Below the pieces are notes generated by a model, which did not search any database, was not told the DNA's origin, and worked only from the letters and a program-made list of their open reading frames with translations. Shown here piece after piece: positions 26,230-38,553 of a stretch of DNA of 64,000 nucleotides. The DNA lies in assembly GCF_036321535.1 (NCBI RefSeq), contig NC_087436.1, positions 16,802,001 to 16,866,000 on the forward strand. The letters are read 5' to 3'. This DNA comes from Camelus dromedarius. Its lineage: Eukaryota. The position numbers and the translations under genes are program-made. The stretch's first letter is position 1. Each line of letters begins with the position of its first letter.

Positions 26230-27560
26230 ATCGAAGGGTTGGAGATGCGTCTTATGTAATGATCAGACTGCCACCGGCAATAACCATGAATCCACCGGCA
26301 ATAACCATGAATCCACCGGCAATAACCTCTGGAATCTAGACCATGTACCTACTGAGCTTGGTAGCTCAAGGTGAAGAAGTTGGAAAACAGCATTATTAAA
26401 AATATGTTGGTGGTTTTGGCTGCCTTTGGGAAGTTATTATAAAAAAAAGATGAACTAAGAAAAGTATTGGCTGGTTTGCAAGTAGAAATGAAAGAGCATA
26501 GAGAAGTACCAAGGATTTGGGTCCTTGGTTTTGAGCAGATATCTGCCAAGACTTATCATTGTAGCAACAATCAGATTAAAGATATGTTTTCCCCAACCCA
26601 GCCCATTGTTTCACATAACCTAAAAATACTTATTATGAAGTTGAGAAACTAAGGCAGGGGGTAGAGAAGTGAAGATACAAAGGAGATGTTAAAACTATGT
26701 ATTAAAAAAGAACTTTGTGGTTATTGGCATGTAGAATTGGAAGAAAATAGATTAAAATATCTACCAAATATTTTAAAGAGTTTCATTGCCAAAGAAGCCA
26801 TGAACCTTAATTTAATTGAATGTTCAAAAGTAAAATAACCTGGCTTCATCTGGAAGTCGATCATAAGGGCTGTGCAGTCTTCAAGGAAGATAATAGCAAG
26901 ATGTGGCCAAGGAGCAGGAAAACCCTTCCCAGAGTGGATCCAGGGACCAGTAGAAAGATGAACAAGGGAGTGCCTCTCAGAACTGAATCCTTTTCTACTT
27001 AGAGAACTTCCCCACCTCCAGCTGAGAGGACTATTCAGGGACTCTCCAGCAGAATTCTATAACTTCTGTGGCCTAGTGATTACTACACATCTTCCCTTTT
27101 GCTAGTGGAGTTTTTACTGAGGTTGTCCTATACATACTCCACTACTGGATGTTGTGTGTTTTGGGGGAAAATTGGAAATAATTTGCTAATTTGGTGCACA
27201 TTATTACTAGACCAGAGGAATCATATTGGGACCTGATGGAGAAGATTACAAATAGCTAGAGATCCTGAGCTCTGAGCTGGATGCAGTGCCTTGGTGGAAC
27301 TTTGGGTTGTCTCCTTTGTGTCCTGTCAGGGTATAAGAATGAGTGGATATTTGATGTTCAAAAGGGCAGACTGTGGCAGACACTTGCTAGATGCTCATCA
27401 GACTTATTATATCCTTCTTTTCCTGGGTACTTGGCTAAAATCATTCCTTATGTCCCTTGCAGTTAGGTGGAGCCATATGACCAAGATTTAGCTCAGTGGA
27501 TTGTAGCCAGAAGTGAAACACATCTGTAAAAATGTCTTGTGTTGTCCTCCCCACATGGCT
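26230..27560 (+). mobile_element. MaLR internal (MLT1-int) segment followed by the start of its 3' LTR at about 27372
   Basis: gaccatgtacctactgagcttggtagctc and gtattggctggtttgcaagtagaaatgaaag are MaLR-int motifs; purine tract aaaagggcagac directly precedes tgtggcagac..., with tcccttgcagttaggtggagccatatgac LTR motif. Confidence 0.7.
26271..26327. repeat. 21-bp minisatellite, 2.7 perfect copies
   Basis: ccaccggcaataaccatgaat at 26271, 26292 and partial at 26313. Confidence 0.97.
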
Positions 27561-28081
27561 CCCCACATTTTCAAGTATGAGGACTCTTTTTCAACATTCT
27601 TAAAACAATTGCAGTTTCATTCATGGGAGAGTGGTAAAAGTGCTTTTAATATCTATCTATTGATTGAGTAAATATACAAAACTCGGTGTGGGGAATACAG
27701 GAATGAGAAAAATTGATTCTGACTTGCTCTCTCACATGGAACTTGCAGTCTAGCTGGAGAAACAGATATTAATTAAATCATCACTTATATGCAGATTGAG
27801 AGTGTTTGACACATGAATTGGATTTGGTCTAGAGTCAGCAAAGTCTTCCTAGAAGAAATTTCATTTGAGCTAAGATATGAAAAATGAAAAAAAAATTTCT
27901 CAGACAAGGAGTAATTCCTGCTTGGAGTTCTAGGCCATGGGAAAACTATTTGCGGTGTCCCAAGTGAAGGAAACACAGAAGTACTTTCAAAGAAGTGCAA
28001 AAAGAACAAACGTGGCTGCAGTTGGGAGAAGGAGCTGGAGAGGGGTGAGCTGCAGCTGTCTGATAAACAGAATCTTGTAGT

Positions 28082-28278
28082 CAGTGCTGGGCTAGGAAAT
28101 GTTTAACAACTGGCGATGGTGAGAGGAAGGAGGAAGCCTGATTTAGAGCTTTTGCCAATTTCCATAGTGTAAATACTCTAACGTAGCCAATTTCAAGCAA
28201 CCGATGTGGCATCACTGATTATGGGAGTTGGGAGATGTGCCCAATCTGCTCTTTGGAGCATTTTGACAAACACCATTC
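28082..28278. mobile_element. hAT (MER63-like) DNA transposon remnant
   Basis: aaatgtttaacaactgg ... gccaatttccatagtgtaaatactc ... ggagttgggagatgtg ... acaccatt. Confidence 0.6.
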
Positions 28279-28884
28279 TTACAGCTTGAGATCCTCTTGG
28301 CTCACTTCTTACTCCAGCACTTGCTTTAGTGAGGTTCCTACTCCAGGCTTCCCCAACTCCTTCCTGGCTTGGGACACCCACAGGAATGGGCTCAGCCCTG
28401 ACATGTGAACAGCCAGGAAGGGAGGAAAAGGACTGGTGGATAAATGTTTCCTCCTTTTTTTCCCTGGGCAGGAGGGTCTCAGTTACATTCTATAAAGCTT
28501 CTCAGAAGGTCCCAAGCAGTTAAGCAACTAGTTTCTTGTAGTGATAGTCAACTCAAAAAGGATTCTTACATTTGTTCTCCTTTTTTGTGTTTTTCTCCAT
28601 CATTTATTTCCTGTTCCCTAAGCTCACTTCCTTAAAATACTTCCTTAAACTATTTTGGTAGCAAGTTGTCAGTATTTGCTGAAAGATTGGATGTGGAGTG
28701 TGAGAGAAAGGAAGAGTGAAGGAAGGGTAATTCTTAGGCTTTATGCTTGGTGAACTGGAAGGTAAGAATTACCACTTTCTGAGATGTTGAGGTGCTTATT
28801 ACATATATACATGAAAACGTCTTACAGGTACTCTGTTATGTAAGTGTGGGCTCATAAGAAAGGCTGGGGACATTAACATATAGA

Positions 28885-29185
28885 TCAGTGTCCAGTATTA
28901 ATATAATAAGAGCTGCAAATGTTGTAATGGAAAATTTCCTAGTGGCCACATTAAAAAAGTAAAAAGAAGCAGGTAAAATTAATTTTAATAATAGATTTAT
29001 TTACTATATACAAGGTACTATCATTTTAATAGTCAATATAAAAATTATTAAAAGGATATTTTACATTTTTTTATCCTAAGTCTCCAAAATCCAGTGTGTA
29101 TTGTAGAAATTGGACTAGCCACATTTCACATGCTCAGTAGCTACTGTTGGTGAGTGTCTGCTGTATTGGAAAACAGAGGTATAGA
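28885..29185. mobile_element. hAT-Charlie (MER33/MER3-like) remnant within L2
   Basis: cagtgtccagta ... ctagtggccacattaaaaaagtaaaaagaagcaggtaaaattaattttaataa ... gactagccacatttcacatgctcagtagc ... tgtattggaaaacag. Confidence 0.75.
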
Positions 29186-32100
29186 TTTTACTTAAAATCA
29201 TAGACTTATCTAAGATCATCCAAGAAGTAAATGTAGATAGAGAAAAAAATCCAAGGACTAATAAGTCCTGGGGGTTTGCAACATTTAGAGGGCAAGAGGA
29301 GGAGTACCCAGCAAAGGAAGTGGTAAGTGAACAGCTTGGAGGGAAATCAGGGAAGTGTGAAATCCATTACTCATATTTCAATCAAGGAAGAGGAAGGCCT
29401 TCGACAGGAGGAGCAAGGAGAGCTCATCCATTGCCATTGTAAGGCAAGGTCATGGGCACAAACACAGGCCAACAGGTAGATTAGGTTGTGGGACTGCTTC
29501 TATTTTTTCAGTGAAATTAAAAGTGAGGTCTTCACTTGAGGATGGGATGGGAAATATTGGAGTTTTGGGGGGCAAAGAGAAGGGTGAAATAATAAAAATC
29601 TAGGAAAGTGGGAAAAGATAGTTTGCTGTGAAAAATAAAATCTTCCCTCCCTTTTTTTGAGAGAAAAGAGAATTAGTTGGAAGTCTCATTAAAGATCAAG
29701 GAAGAAGTTGACTTTATCTCTAGCCCTAGAGTGTGGAAAGATGGTAAGAAAAGAATAGTAACCCCTTGAGAGAGCAGCTGAAGAAGCTGTGTCTTCAGGA
29801 AAATAAGGGTTGTAGAACCAGAAGATTGGGGGAACATATCGAGAATGTAGCTAGAATATCAATTCAGCGGATGAAAATCTGGGGTTTCTTAGGGCACAGA
29901 GAAGATTTGGGGGAGGTGATTCAAGGAAGGAGGAGAGATTAAGGGTCTATAGAGATAAAGTTAATAGCAAAGAGAGTGAGAAGACTAGTTCTGAGGGTCT
30001 GTCAGAGGGGGTGGGTGATTCATTCTAGTCTGTCTCTTTTGGGGGATTGTTCTCTTTAATAGTTTGTAGTCACAAGGCTAAGGTTTTAGAGATAGGAGGG
30101 TGAGACGGGAGTGAAGGTCTTATCAAGAGCACTTGGAGGACAGTGGTCCTCCTGAAAATCCTATTATAGGCTCTGTTGAAGTCAGAGACATTTTACTAAG
30201 AATGTTTGCATGGGTCCCACCAGACAGCTGTGAAGTGCTGATCTTAGAGTTTATATTTGAATTAAAATTGCAATTCATTTCTCCAAGTTCTTATCTCAAA
30301 AAATATATAGTAAGTCTGTGACTTGGATCTGTTTTTTAAAACATATTCCCAATATTCACTTCAGTGTGAATGGAAGCATGATCTAAGATATCAGTCACAT
30401 TAATTCCAGAACTTGATTAAAGTTTGTGAGATTAGAAAGTGAGTCCTATGTGTGTGGTATGTGTCCCTTACGCTCATATTGCACTGACGAATTTGGTTGC
30501 ATTACCTTTTGTAAGCGGAACATCTTATGTGAGGACAGGTTGAACATTCCTTGAATTTGATTCAAGGATATCAACTTAAAAAATACACTATAACAGTTAC
30601 ACTATCAAATATCTTCAGTAAATATGTTCCCTATACTTGTATATAACACATGCCCATATTTTTCTTAATAGAGCAAAACCGGAAAAAATATGGAATGATT
30701 TCCTTTTTGAGTATATAGATATATTCTGTAGTACTGCTTAAACCAGTTTCTATTGTCGTGCTGCCAGCAATTTATGAATCTTGATAATTAGAAATCACAT
30801 ATAAAAATCAGTTTTTGTAGTGTATATTAAGTATTAGTTTATAGTTACCATATATTATATGGTATTCACCTACTTATGCATTCCCTTGGGAACAAAAAAT
30901 ACTTGGGTCTAATTTGAGCTATTTAAATTTGAAAACAGATTTTAATTAAACTGAGTAAGATTTCACGATTTTCATGTCATACAGATATATTTAGGGGATA
31001 TTGGATTGTTCTTAGCCAATTTGGTAAGGAGTAGACGTGTCTCTCTGTGCGTATGTGTGTGTGTATTCTTTGGTCTCCAGATCACAAATCTTTTCCTTTA
31101 AATATAAAATGAAGGCATAATGAATTTTAATAATACTCTAAAATAACTATGTGACTAGAAAGTGCTGGAGAAAACTATAAGCAAAAGTGACTTAGTATTA
31201 TGGTAGTTTTTTTTGCCCAGAGTGGTGACAGCTTCCCAGTTTTTTGATCAACAATGTCTATAAAATCTCTTCTTATTTTATATTTTAATAATGTTAAGTA
31301 TACATAGGATATTTAACAAACATACTAACAATGTTTTTTACTCATTCCCACAAAATTATTTGGAGGAACTTAAGACCAGGTTCCATTACAATTTATGAGA
31401 AACGTTGGAAACTAGAGTTTTTTTTTAATGAAGTGGAAAATTAAATTGAATTTGGTGTTAAAAAATAATTTGATTTTTGAAGCTTTGAAACTTGAAATGT
31501 GCTAATCTTCCTCCATGTATAAAAACAGACTCTAATTGAGAAATTTCTAAATGAGGGAACAAATTCGGGATAACATCTGTAGAGATCATCATACAGAGAA
31601 TTTTGCAAGTGCTTCTCTGCTTTTCTTTGTTTCTTCCTGTTTAGATATCTATGTTTTTCCCCATTTCTTGTTACAGATTTTCTTTTGCTTGTCTATGCTC
31701 TTAAAGAAAGAATCTAAACAGAATTCTTAAAATTTAGAAATGAATAGAATTATGTATCTGAGTGATCAGTGTCTTAAACACAAACCTGTCTTCTTTGTGC
31801 TTTTCCTCTTTTTATACTGATCTGGTGAGCTCTGAAATGGAAAGATATAGGATGGAGACTCAAAGTAAGGCAGGAGACTCACTGCCTCTGTAGTGACATG
31901 GCTTACTAAACTGAAGTAGTCACAAAAGTTCATTAACTTTTAATAAATTAATAGTATCTCAAATATGAATATTATTAAAACATAAAGGATTTAGAGACAA
32001 TATAAAGACATTCTTTTTACCATCTGCCTTCTTCCAACTCTCTTATTGGTCCAGAGGACACCTTAGGGAGAATAGAAATCTTAGGATAAAGTAGTGATTT

Positions 32101-32941
32101 GTAGAAGTTTTCTTATTAAGTACATTTGTTCCCTGTTTTGCATGTGACAAGGAACCCAGGCAGAGAAGGGTTAAGAGTTAAGTGACATATTCTGCAGGCA
32201 GCTAGGATCCTTCCTAGGTCATTTGTACATAAGCTTGATGTACAAGTAAATAATACCAGCTTCTCCAAAGAAGTAAAATGAGAGCCATTCCTTCCTAGAA
32301 ATGGTTTCCTATTTATGATGAAAACCTTCTTTGGTGGACATTTGTTGTTTTTGGCTTTTCAGCATCGTTTAACCTGACCTTTGGTAACAGCACTCTGATT
32401 TGACTTTGCAGAAGTGCTCTTTAGGCTCTAAGTTTGTGCAGTTTGCAAAGAGCTGTCACCCCACCCATTAGCTCCAGGGCTGGCATGTGGTTCGGGCACA
32501 GCCAATGAGAAGAGCTCATTCTCCTGGCCATGGTGATGTGTGGAGTGATTGGATTTAAACCAGCAAAGGTAATATGAGTTTGGAGGTACCAGAAAACATA
32601 GCAGGGAATTCTAGAATAAAGCCAACATGAAAGAGAGACTTGAATGATGCAGAGAAATCAAGGGATGACATAGTTTGAGCCTCTAACCCAAGCTTTGCTG
32701 AAGACAGATGTTATCTGGATTTTTTAGTTTATATGAATTTGTGAATTCTCCTTTTTGAGAAGGCAGCATAGTTTAGTGGCTTGGAACATAGGAATTTCAC
32801 TCCCTAGATTCAGATCTCAGTTTTCTTACTCATTTGTTTCTTCTGTTTCTTTAATTTGGTTTTCTGTTGGTTTTCAGTTGTTGTCTAATGGAAACACCTT
32901 CCTTATCTAGTTATTGTAGGAAAAATTTCACTGAAAGTGTG

Positions 32942-33403
32942 TGTAATAGGCTGACTAATGGCCACCTAAATATATCAGCTCCTAATTCCTAAAACCTGTA
33001 AATGTTACCTTATTTGGAAAAAAGGATCTCTGCAGATATGATCAGGTTAAGGATCTTGAGCTAAAGAGATTATTCTAGATTATTCCAGTGGGCCCTAGAT
33101 GCAATCACAAATGTCTTTATAAGAGAAAGCCAGGGGGAAATTACAGACATACTGGAGAGGAGACACAGTGTAACTGTAGAGGCAGGATTGGGATGATGTG
33201 TCCACAAGCCAAGGACTGTGGGCAGCCACCAGAAGCTGCAAGAGGTGTGGAATTTACCTGTAGAGCCTCTGAAGGCGGCACAGCCCCGCTGACACCTTGA
33301 TCTTGGACTTCTGTCCTTCAGAACTGAAAGAGAATAAATTTCTGTTGGTTCAAACCACTAAATTTTGGGTAATTTGTTTTGATAGGCATAGAAAACTAAT
33401 AGA
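32942..33403 (+). mobile_element. Solo MaLR LTR (MLT1C/D-type)
   Basis: tgtaataggctg ... aatgttaccttatttggaaaaaagg ... ccacaagccaagga ... ccaccagaagctg ... agaataaatttctgttggtt ... gaaaactaata. Confidence 0.88.
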
Positions 33404-34689
33404 GCATACTTCTAAAACTAGGTTTCAACTCCAAATATCATTTAAAAAATATTTTTCCCTGTTATAAATTGTGCAGAGGAGAGTATGTGCTTGCTCCGTG
33501 CTGGCAGACTGGGGACTCTCCAGAGGGCCCAAGCCCAGCCTGACTCCACTAATCAGAGTGAGGAATTGGGTGGGTGAGTCAGGCCTTCTCAAGAACTAAA
33601 GCCATGAGCCGTTCTTCCTAGCTGTGCCCTCATGTCTCCTGTATATCTGAACTAAGAGAGAGAATGAACATACGTGTGCTGCTCAGTGATAGAAATTCCT
33701 GTCATCAGAGGCCACCATGTTACTAACTTGTGGGATTTGCCTAGAGTCTGAGGTTTACATACCTTTGGAGGCTTGGAGAAGGAACAGCCATAAATTGGAT
33801 ATTAAGATAATTAAATCTTTTACTGAGTGGCATGTAATTTCCTCCCAGCAATGCTAGGCACTTTGGAACCTTAAAAAAAGTGTAAGCATGGAATGCTTCC
33901 TTCCTCTTAGTGTATTATACCTTGTAGCCAAGGGACCCACAATTATTTCTGCCCTACTGTGTGGAAGTTGGTCAAACACAACCACTAACATTTGTATTAA
34001 TGTTTCCCATGCACAAATCTGATCATCACATCTTAATTCCAAAATCAAGTAAAGTTAACTTTAAACATTTGAAGCTGAATTTCTTATTAAGATCTTAGTT
34101 ATCTTTCTAAGACAGTACCTTTCTGAGATGTGTGTATATTTATATACAAATGTCAGCAGAAGCTGACTTAAATGACTTCTCTTTTTTATTAATTTTAAAA
34201 TGGAGTTCTTTCATTGGTGTCCACATAAGCTAAAGAATGTTAAGACAGTAACCCCATTTCCAGTAGAAGAAAGTCTTTTGTCATTTTGAGCCTATATTAT
34301 TAATGTGCTCCCCTAACTTGACCTCTGCCTCTGGTCTAAACCTGACTTAATTTTTAAACAAAGTTATGCCAGAGTGATTTTTGTAAAATGCAAATCCTAC
34401 ACTCCCTTTTTTCTAAAATCCCTCAATGTTTCCTTGGGCCTATAGGATAAAGGAGGGGAAGTTGTGTGTTTTATGCATCCCAAATATGAATGTTTCTTAA
34501 AAAAATTGACCAACCATGATAGAAGAAAGACAATTATCTTTCTATTCTTTTTTATGGAAAATATGAAATTTTTTTTGCACAAAGAGTAACTAAAGAGTAT
34601 ATAGCCAAAAATTAGGAAAAAAGTATTGTAAAGATGTATCTGGTAGTTAATTAACAAAGACATTGTTATTTTTCTGGATTTTTTTAATG

Positions 34690-35745
34690 TTGTGACTATT
34701 TGTCAGTTTTATAGAGTGAGTGGTTGATCAACTGTGCTGAATTGTGTTTATAGATCAAGTAAGACGACGACTGAAATTTGACATTGAATATAGCAACATA
34801 GAGGTCAATGATGACCTCAGCACCTGCTGGTTTAGTAGAGGGGCCAATTACAAAGAGCACGGGTGGAGAGAAATTAGACAACAAGTGTAAGAACTATTTC
34901 AAGGAGTTTTAAAGGGGGACACAGAAATTGGGTGCTTGCCTGCTGGGGGAGGTGAGGTCAAGAGAGAGTAGGTTTTTTGTTTAAGATGGGGAAACGACAA
35001 CATTTCTGATCAGAACAATCAAGAAGGGAGGGAAAAATCACTAATGAAGACAGGAAATGGGATAATTGCCAGGGCAATGTCCTTGAGAGGGCAAATATGG
35101 GCAAGAACTGTTGTATAGGGAGAGCGCTGCCTTGGATGGGAGCGTGGATTATTTTCACCTGCAGTGATGAGTGGGCACACAGGGTGTATGGAGACAGATG
35201 CTGTCAGGAGGGCAGCTTTGGCAGTCTCTTTTGATTGCTTTTGTTTTCCCAGTAAAATTGAAAACAAGGGTATCAACTGAAAGTGAGGTCAGAGGGGAAG
35301 TGGAAGTTTGAAGAGAGAGTAGAAAATGTGAAATAGAGAGGGGAGAGCGAATAGACTAAGGAGTTGTACTGGGATTACTGGATAGCCTTAAGGTCCACTT
35401 AGGTTTGTGTGAATGAATGTGAAGTGGGACCAGTCATGGCTTTGTTTCTCCCATCACCTCAATTATTCAGGGTACAGATACCATCGAATAGGTATAGACT
35501 TAGATTCGACTAGGGTCTTGTGTTTTCTCAAATGAAGATGACAAAATGAGGATGGGCAGGGGAGTTGGGAGTCTATGAGAGTGATCATAAGGATTGACTT
35601 TGAAATTTAAGCTGGCTGAAGATATGAAAGTGGCAAGGGAGGGTGAAAACCTGGTGGTATCAATGAATTACAGGTCAAAAATTGTTGTTGATGGGGAATG
35701 AATAGTAGAGGGTGGTGATTAGAGAGAAGGATGCTTCAAATTGAT
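34690..35745 (-). mobile_element. LINE-2 ORF2 remnant
   Basis: agcaacatagaggtcaatgatgacct, actatttcaaggagtttt, gtctcttttgattgcttttgttttcccagt are antisense L2 motifs. Confidence 0.7.
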
Positions 35746-35764
35746 TCATCAAATTGCACTGGTA

Positions 35765-36001
35765 TAAACAACAAGTTTATACTCTATAGCACAAGGAACC
35801 ATATTAAATACCTTGTAGTAACTTATGGTGAAGAAGAATATGAAAACGAATATATGTTCACGTATGACTGAAGCATTATGCTGTACATGAAAAATTGACA
35901 CAACATTGTAAACTGACTGTACTTCAGTAAATATATATGTGTGTGTATATGTATGTGTGTGTGTGTGTGTGTGTGTATAAAAGAAAATAAGGAAAGGAGA
36001 A
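35765..36001 (+). mobile_element. Truncated lineage-specific L1 3' end; tail converted to a TA/TG microsatellite
   Basis: gctgtacatgaaaaattgacacaacattgtaaactgactgtacttcagtaa; degenerate TSD AAATTGCACTGGTA (35751-35764) / AAAATGCACTGTTA (36002-36015). Confidence 0.88.
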
Positions 36002-37141
36002 AAAATGCACTGTTAGTGAAGAAGATTAAGGTATGAACATGAACACGAAAGGTTCCTTGAGGAAAGACAATAGTTTCTTTCAACTTTATATAACCCATAC
36101 CTCAGCCTGACAGGTATTCAATAAATGTTTCTGAATGAATTAAGAGAAAAAATTGATTATCAGAATGGAGGAAAGGTGATAAAAGTAGATCACTTGAGTC
36201 AGTTTTTTAATCAGCAGCTGCATTTGTCCTCATATGTTTGTGGGGTGCAGAGGACAAAGACCCAAGCAGGTAAAGGTAACCTATGTTTAGTTTCATACCT
36301 TGTTAAATGCAAAGAATGGGAACATAAACCACAGTGGGGCCTCATAAGATCTGAAATCCCCCAGGGACCGAGGTCTCTCATCCTGCTTCTCTGGGTAGGA
36401 CTGCTTTCCTCTTCTTTCTCATCTTCTCTTCTTCTCATCTTATATACAAACCAACATGGGTGCCTCAAGTCCTAAGACAACATCTAACTTAGTTTCTTAG
36501 TGCTCATATTTCTGGAAGAGGGATATGATGGACCTAGGTTGGGTTAGGTGATCCCAAAACCACAGTCAGGACAGGAGTGATGTGATAGGCCATCATGGCC
36601 ATTTAGGCCCAATGTCACAGCAGAGCTTATAAATGAGAGTGATCTGGAGGCAGGGGAGCTGCATGGGACAGGCAATCCCAAACACATCATCTTTTTGTGA
36701 GGGCAGAGATCAGTAGAAAAAAGCAGGACCTGTTATATTAAGCAGAAATATTCTTATATTTATAAGAACATATGTTTTAGCTTCTATAATTTTCTTTCAT
36801 TTTAGTGGAAGTTCAGGAGACAGTAATCCTGTTATCAACCAGTTAATATTGCTTATTTTGCCAGCTACAGTAGTAGCTATTAGCAAGCCCAGACCACTCA
36901 GTGTCTTTATAAACTTCTTTCCCATTTCCTCTGATGAGGTCACTTATTTGTACCTTGCCCTAATCAGTTGATTTGTACCAGAACTTACCAGGATAAGTTA
37001 TATTTTAGGTCAAAAATTGTTTTAAGACAAAAACCCTTCTTCATAACTTTCTACTACAGAGATACTGATTAAGCAGGCATTGTGAGGATGCTTTGTGCAG
37101 TAGTTTCATGAGACCTCAGCAGTCTTCCAGGATGAGTGGAC

Positions 37142-37460
37142 AGAACTTATTTACAAAACTGAAACAGACTCACAGACATAGAGGAAACTTATGCTTACCG
37201 GGGAGAAGGGGGCGGAAAGGATAAATTGGGAGTTCGAGATTTGCCGATACTAACTAATATATATGAAATAGATAAACAACAAATCCATTCTGTATAGCAC
37301 AGGGAACTATAATCAATATCTTTTAGTAACTTATGGTGAAAAAGTATGAAAATGAATATATGTATGTTCATGTATGAGTGGAGCATTATACTGTACACCA
37401 AAAATTGACACAACATTGTAAATTGACTATAATTCAATAAAAATATATGTATATACAAAA
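37142..37460 (+). mobile_element. Truncated lineage-specific L1 3' end
   Basis: gaacttatttacaaaactgaaacagactcacagacatag ... aattgacacaacattgtaaattgactataattcaataaaa; same family as the copies at 4309 and 60414. Confidence 0.9.
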
Positions 37461-37842
37461 CCCCCCAAACATTTAGGGAAGCATTAGGTATTCCTCCTAC
37501 TTGTAGCTCCAAGAACATCTCCTATCAGATTGTTTGCATGTGTACTAATGTGTATTCCCTACTAGAAAGTAAGCCTTTAGTGGGCAGAGATATTGTATAT
37601 CTTGTTTCATTTGTATCCCCAGTGCCTAAACAGCAGAATGATGGGCTCATTTAGAACCTGAAAGATATTCTATAAATACTTATTGAATAGTGGAATGAAG
37701 GGGGTGTGAGTGGAAGTGTGTGTGTAAATTACTAACCAGATTTAAGCAAGCCTTGTGGTTTTTCAAACTGTTTCATGTACCATTGAGTGGATACTTCTGT
37801 TACAAGGTCCTGACCCCTGTGTTACACCTTAAGAAGACCTAG

Positions 37843-37873
37843 TGTGTGTTAGTGTGTGTGTGTGTGTGTGTGT
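37843..37873. repeat. (TG)n microsatellite
   Basis: Read directly. Confidence 0.9.
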
Positions 37874-38425
37874 TTGTGAAATGTGATAGTTACTGTACAG
37901 AATAAAGAGATCAATCCTAATCACTGTCCGGTGTGAAACAGCTGTTGCCTGAGCTACTCAGTGCCCAAGGCACTTATTCATTTCTCTGGCCTGCATGGAT
38001 GCTTCCAAAATGCTTCTGTCACAGCATGTGTGTTCTGGCATCCCCTCTGAACACCGGGAAACTTGGAGCCAAGGACCTATTAGTGCCTGAAGTGTGGAAT
38101 GTGTGACATTGACCGTCCCCTCTCTGAGCTGGCACTCCTCTGAAGCAGCCTGCAAACCAGGGGAAGGAGCCCGCTGCCAAATCCATCTGGTTTTGATTCC
38201 GTCGCACTTAATGAGTCAAAACATTTTTTTAGAGACACTTTATTTTTTAAACTATTCCAGAAGTCCAGTGGGTAGTCTGACTATACTTACGATGGATCAA
38301 AAAAGAGTTTCATGTAGTCACTGTCAAGACACTCATGAAGACATGTAACATGTTGTCATTACATGTTTTGATAGGTGCTCATAAATAGTCCCCATGTAAT
38401 TGATTTGATGGCAGTTTCTACTGAA

Positions 38426-38553
38426 GATTGATTGATTGATTGATTTTTTTTAACTTTTTTATTGAAGTATCGTCAGTTTACAATGTTGTGTCAATTCCTG
38501 GTGTACAGCACAATCCTTCAGTCATACATGAGTATACATATATTCATTTTCAT
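38426..38553 (-). mobile_element. Short L1 3' end with a (GATT)n-bearing tail
   Basis: gattgattgattgattga, T runs, then attgaagtatcgtcagtttacaatgttgtgtcaattcctggtgtacagc. Confidence 0.88.

Noticed and set aside
26271..26327. CRISPR-like array
   Set aside because: Head-to-tail repeats with no unique spacers, in a mammalian intron with no cas genes.
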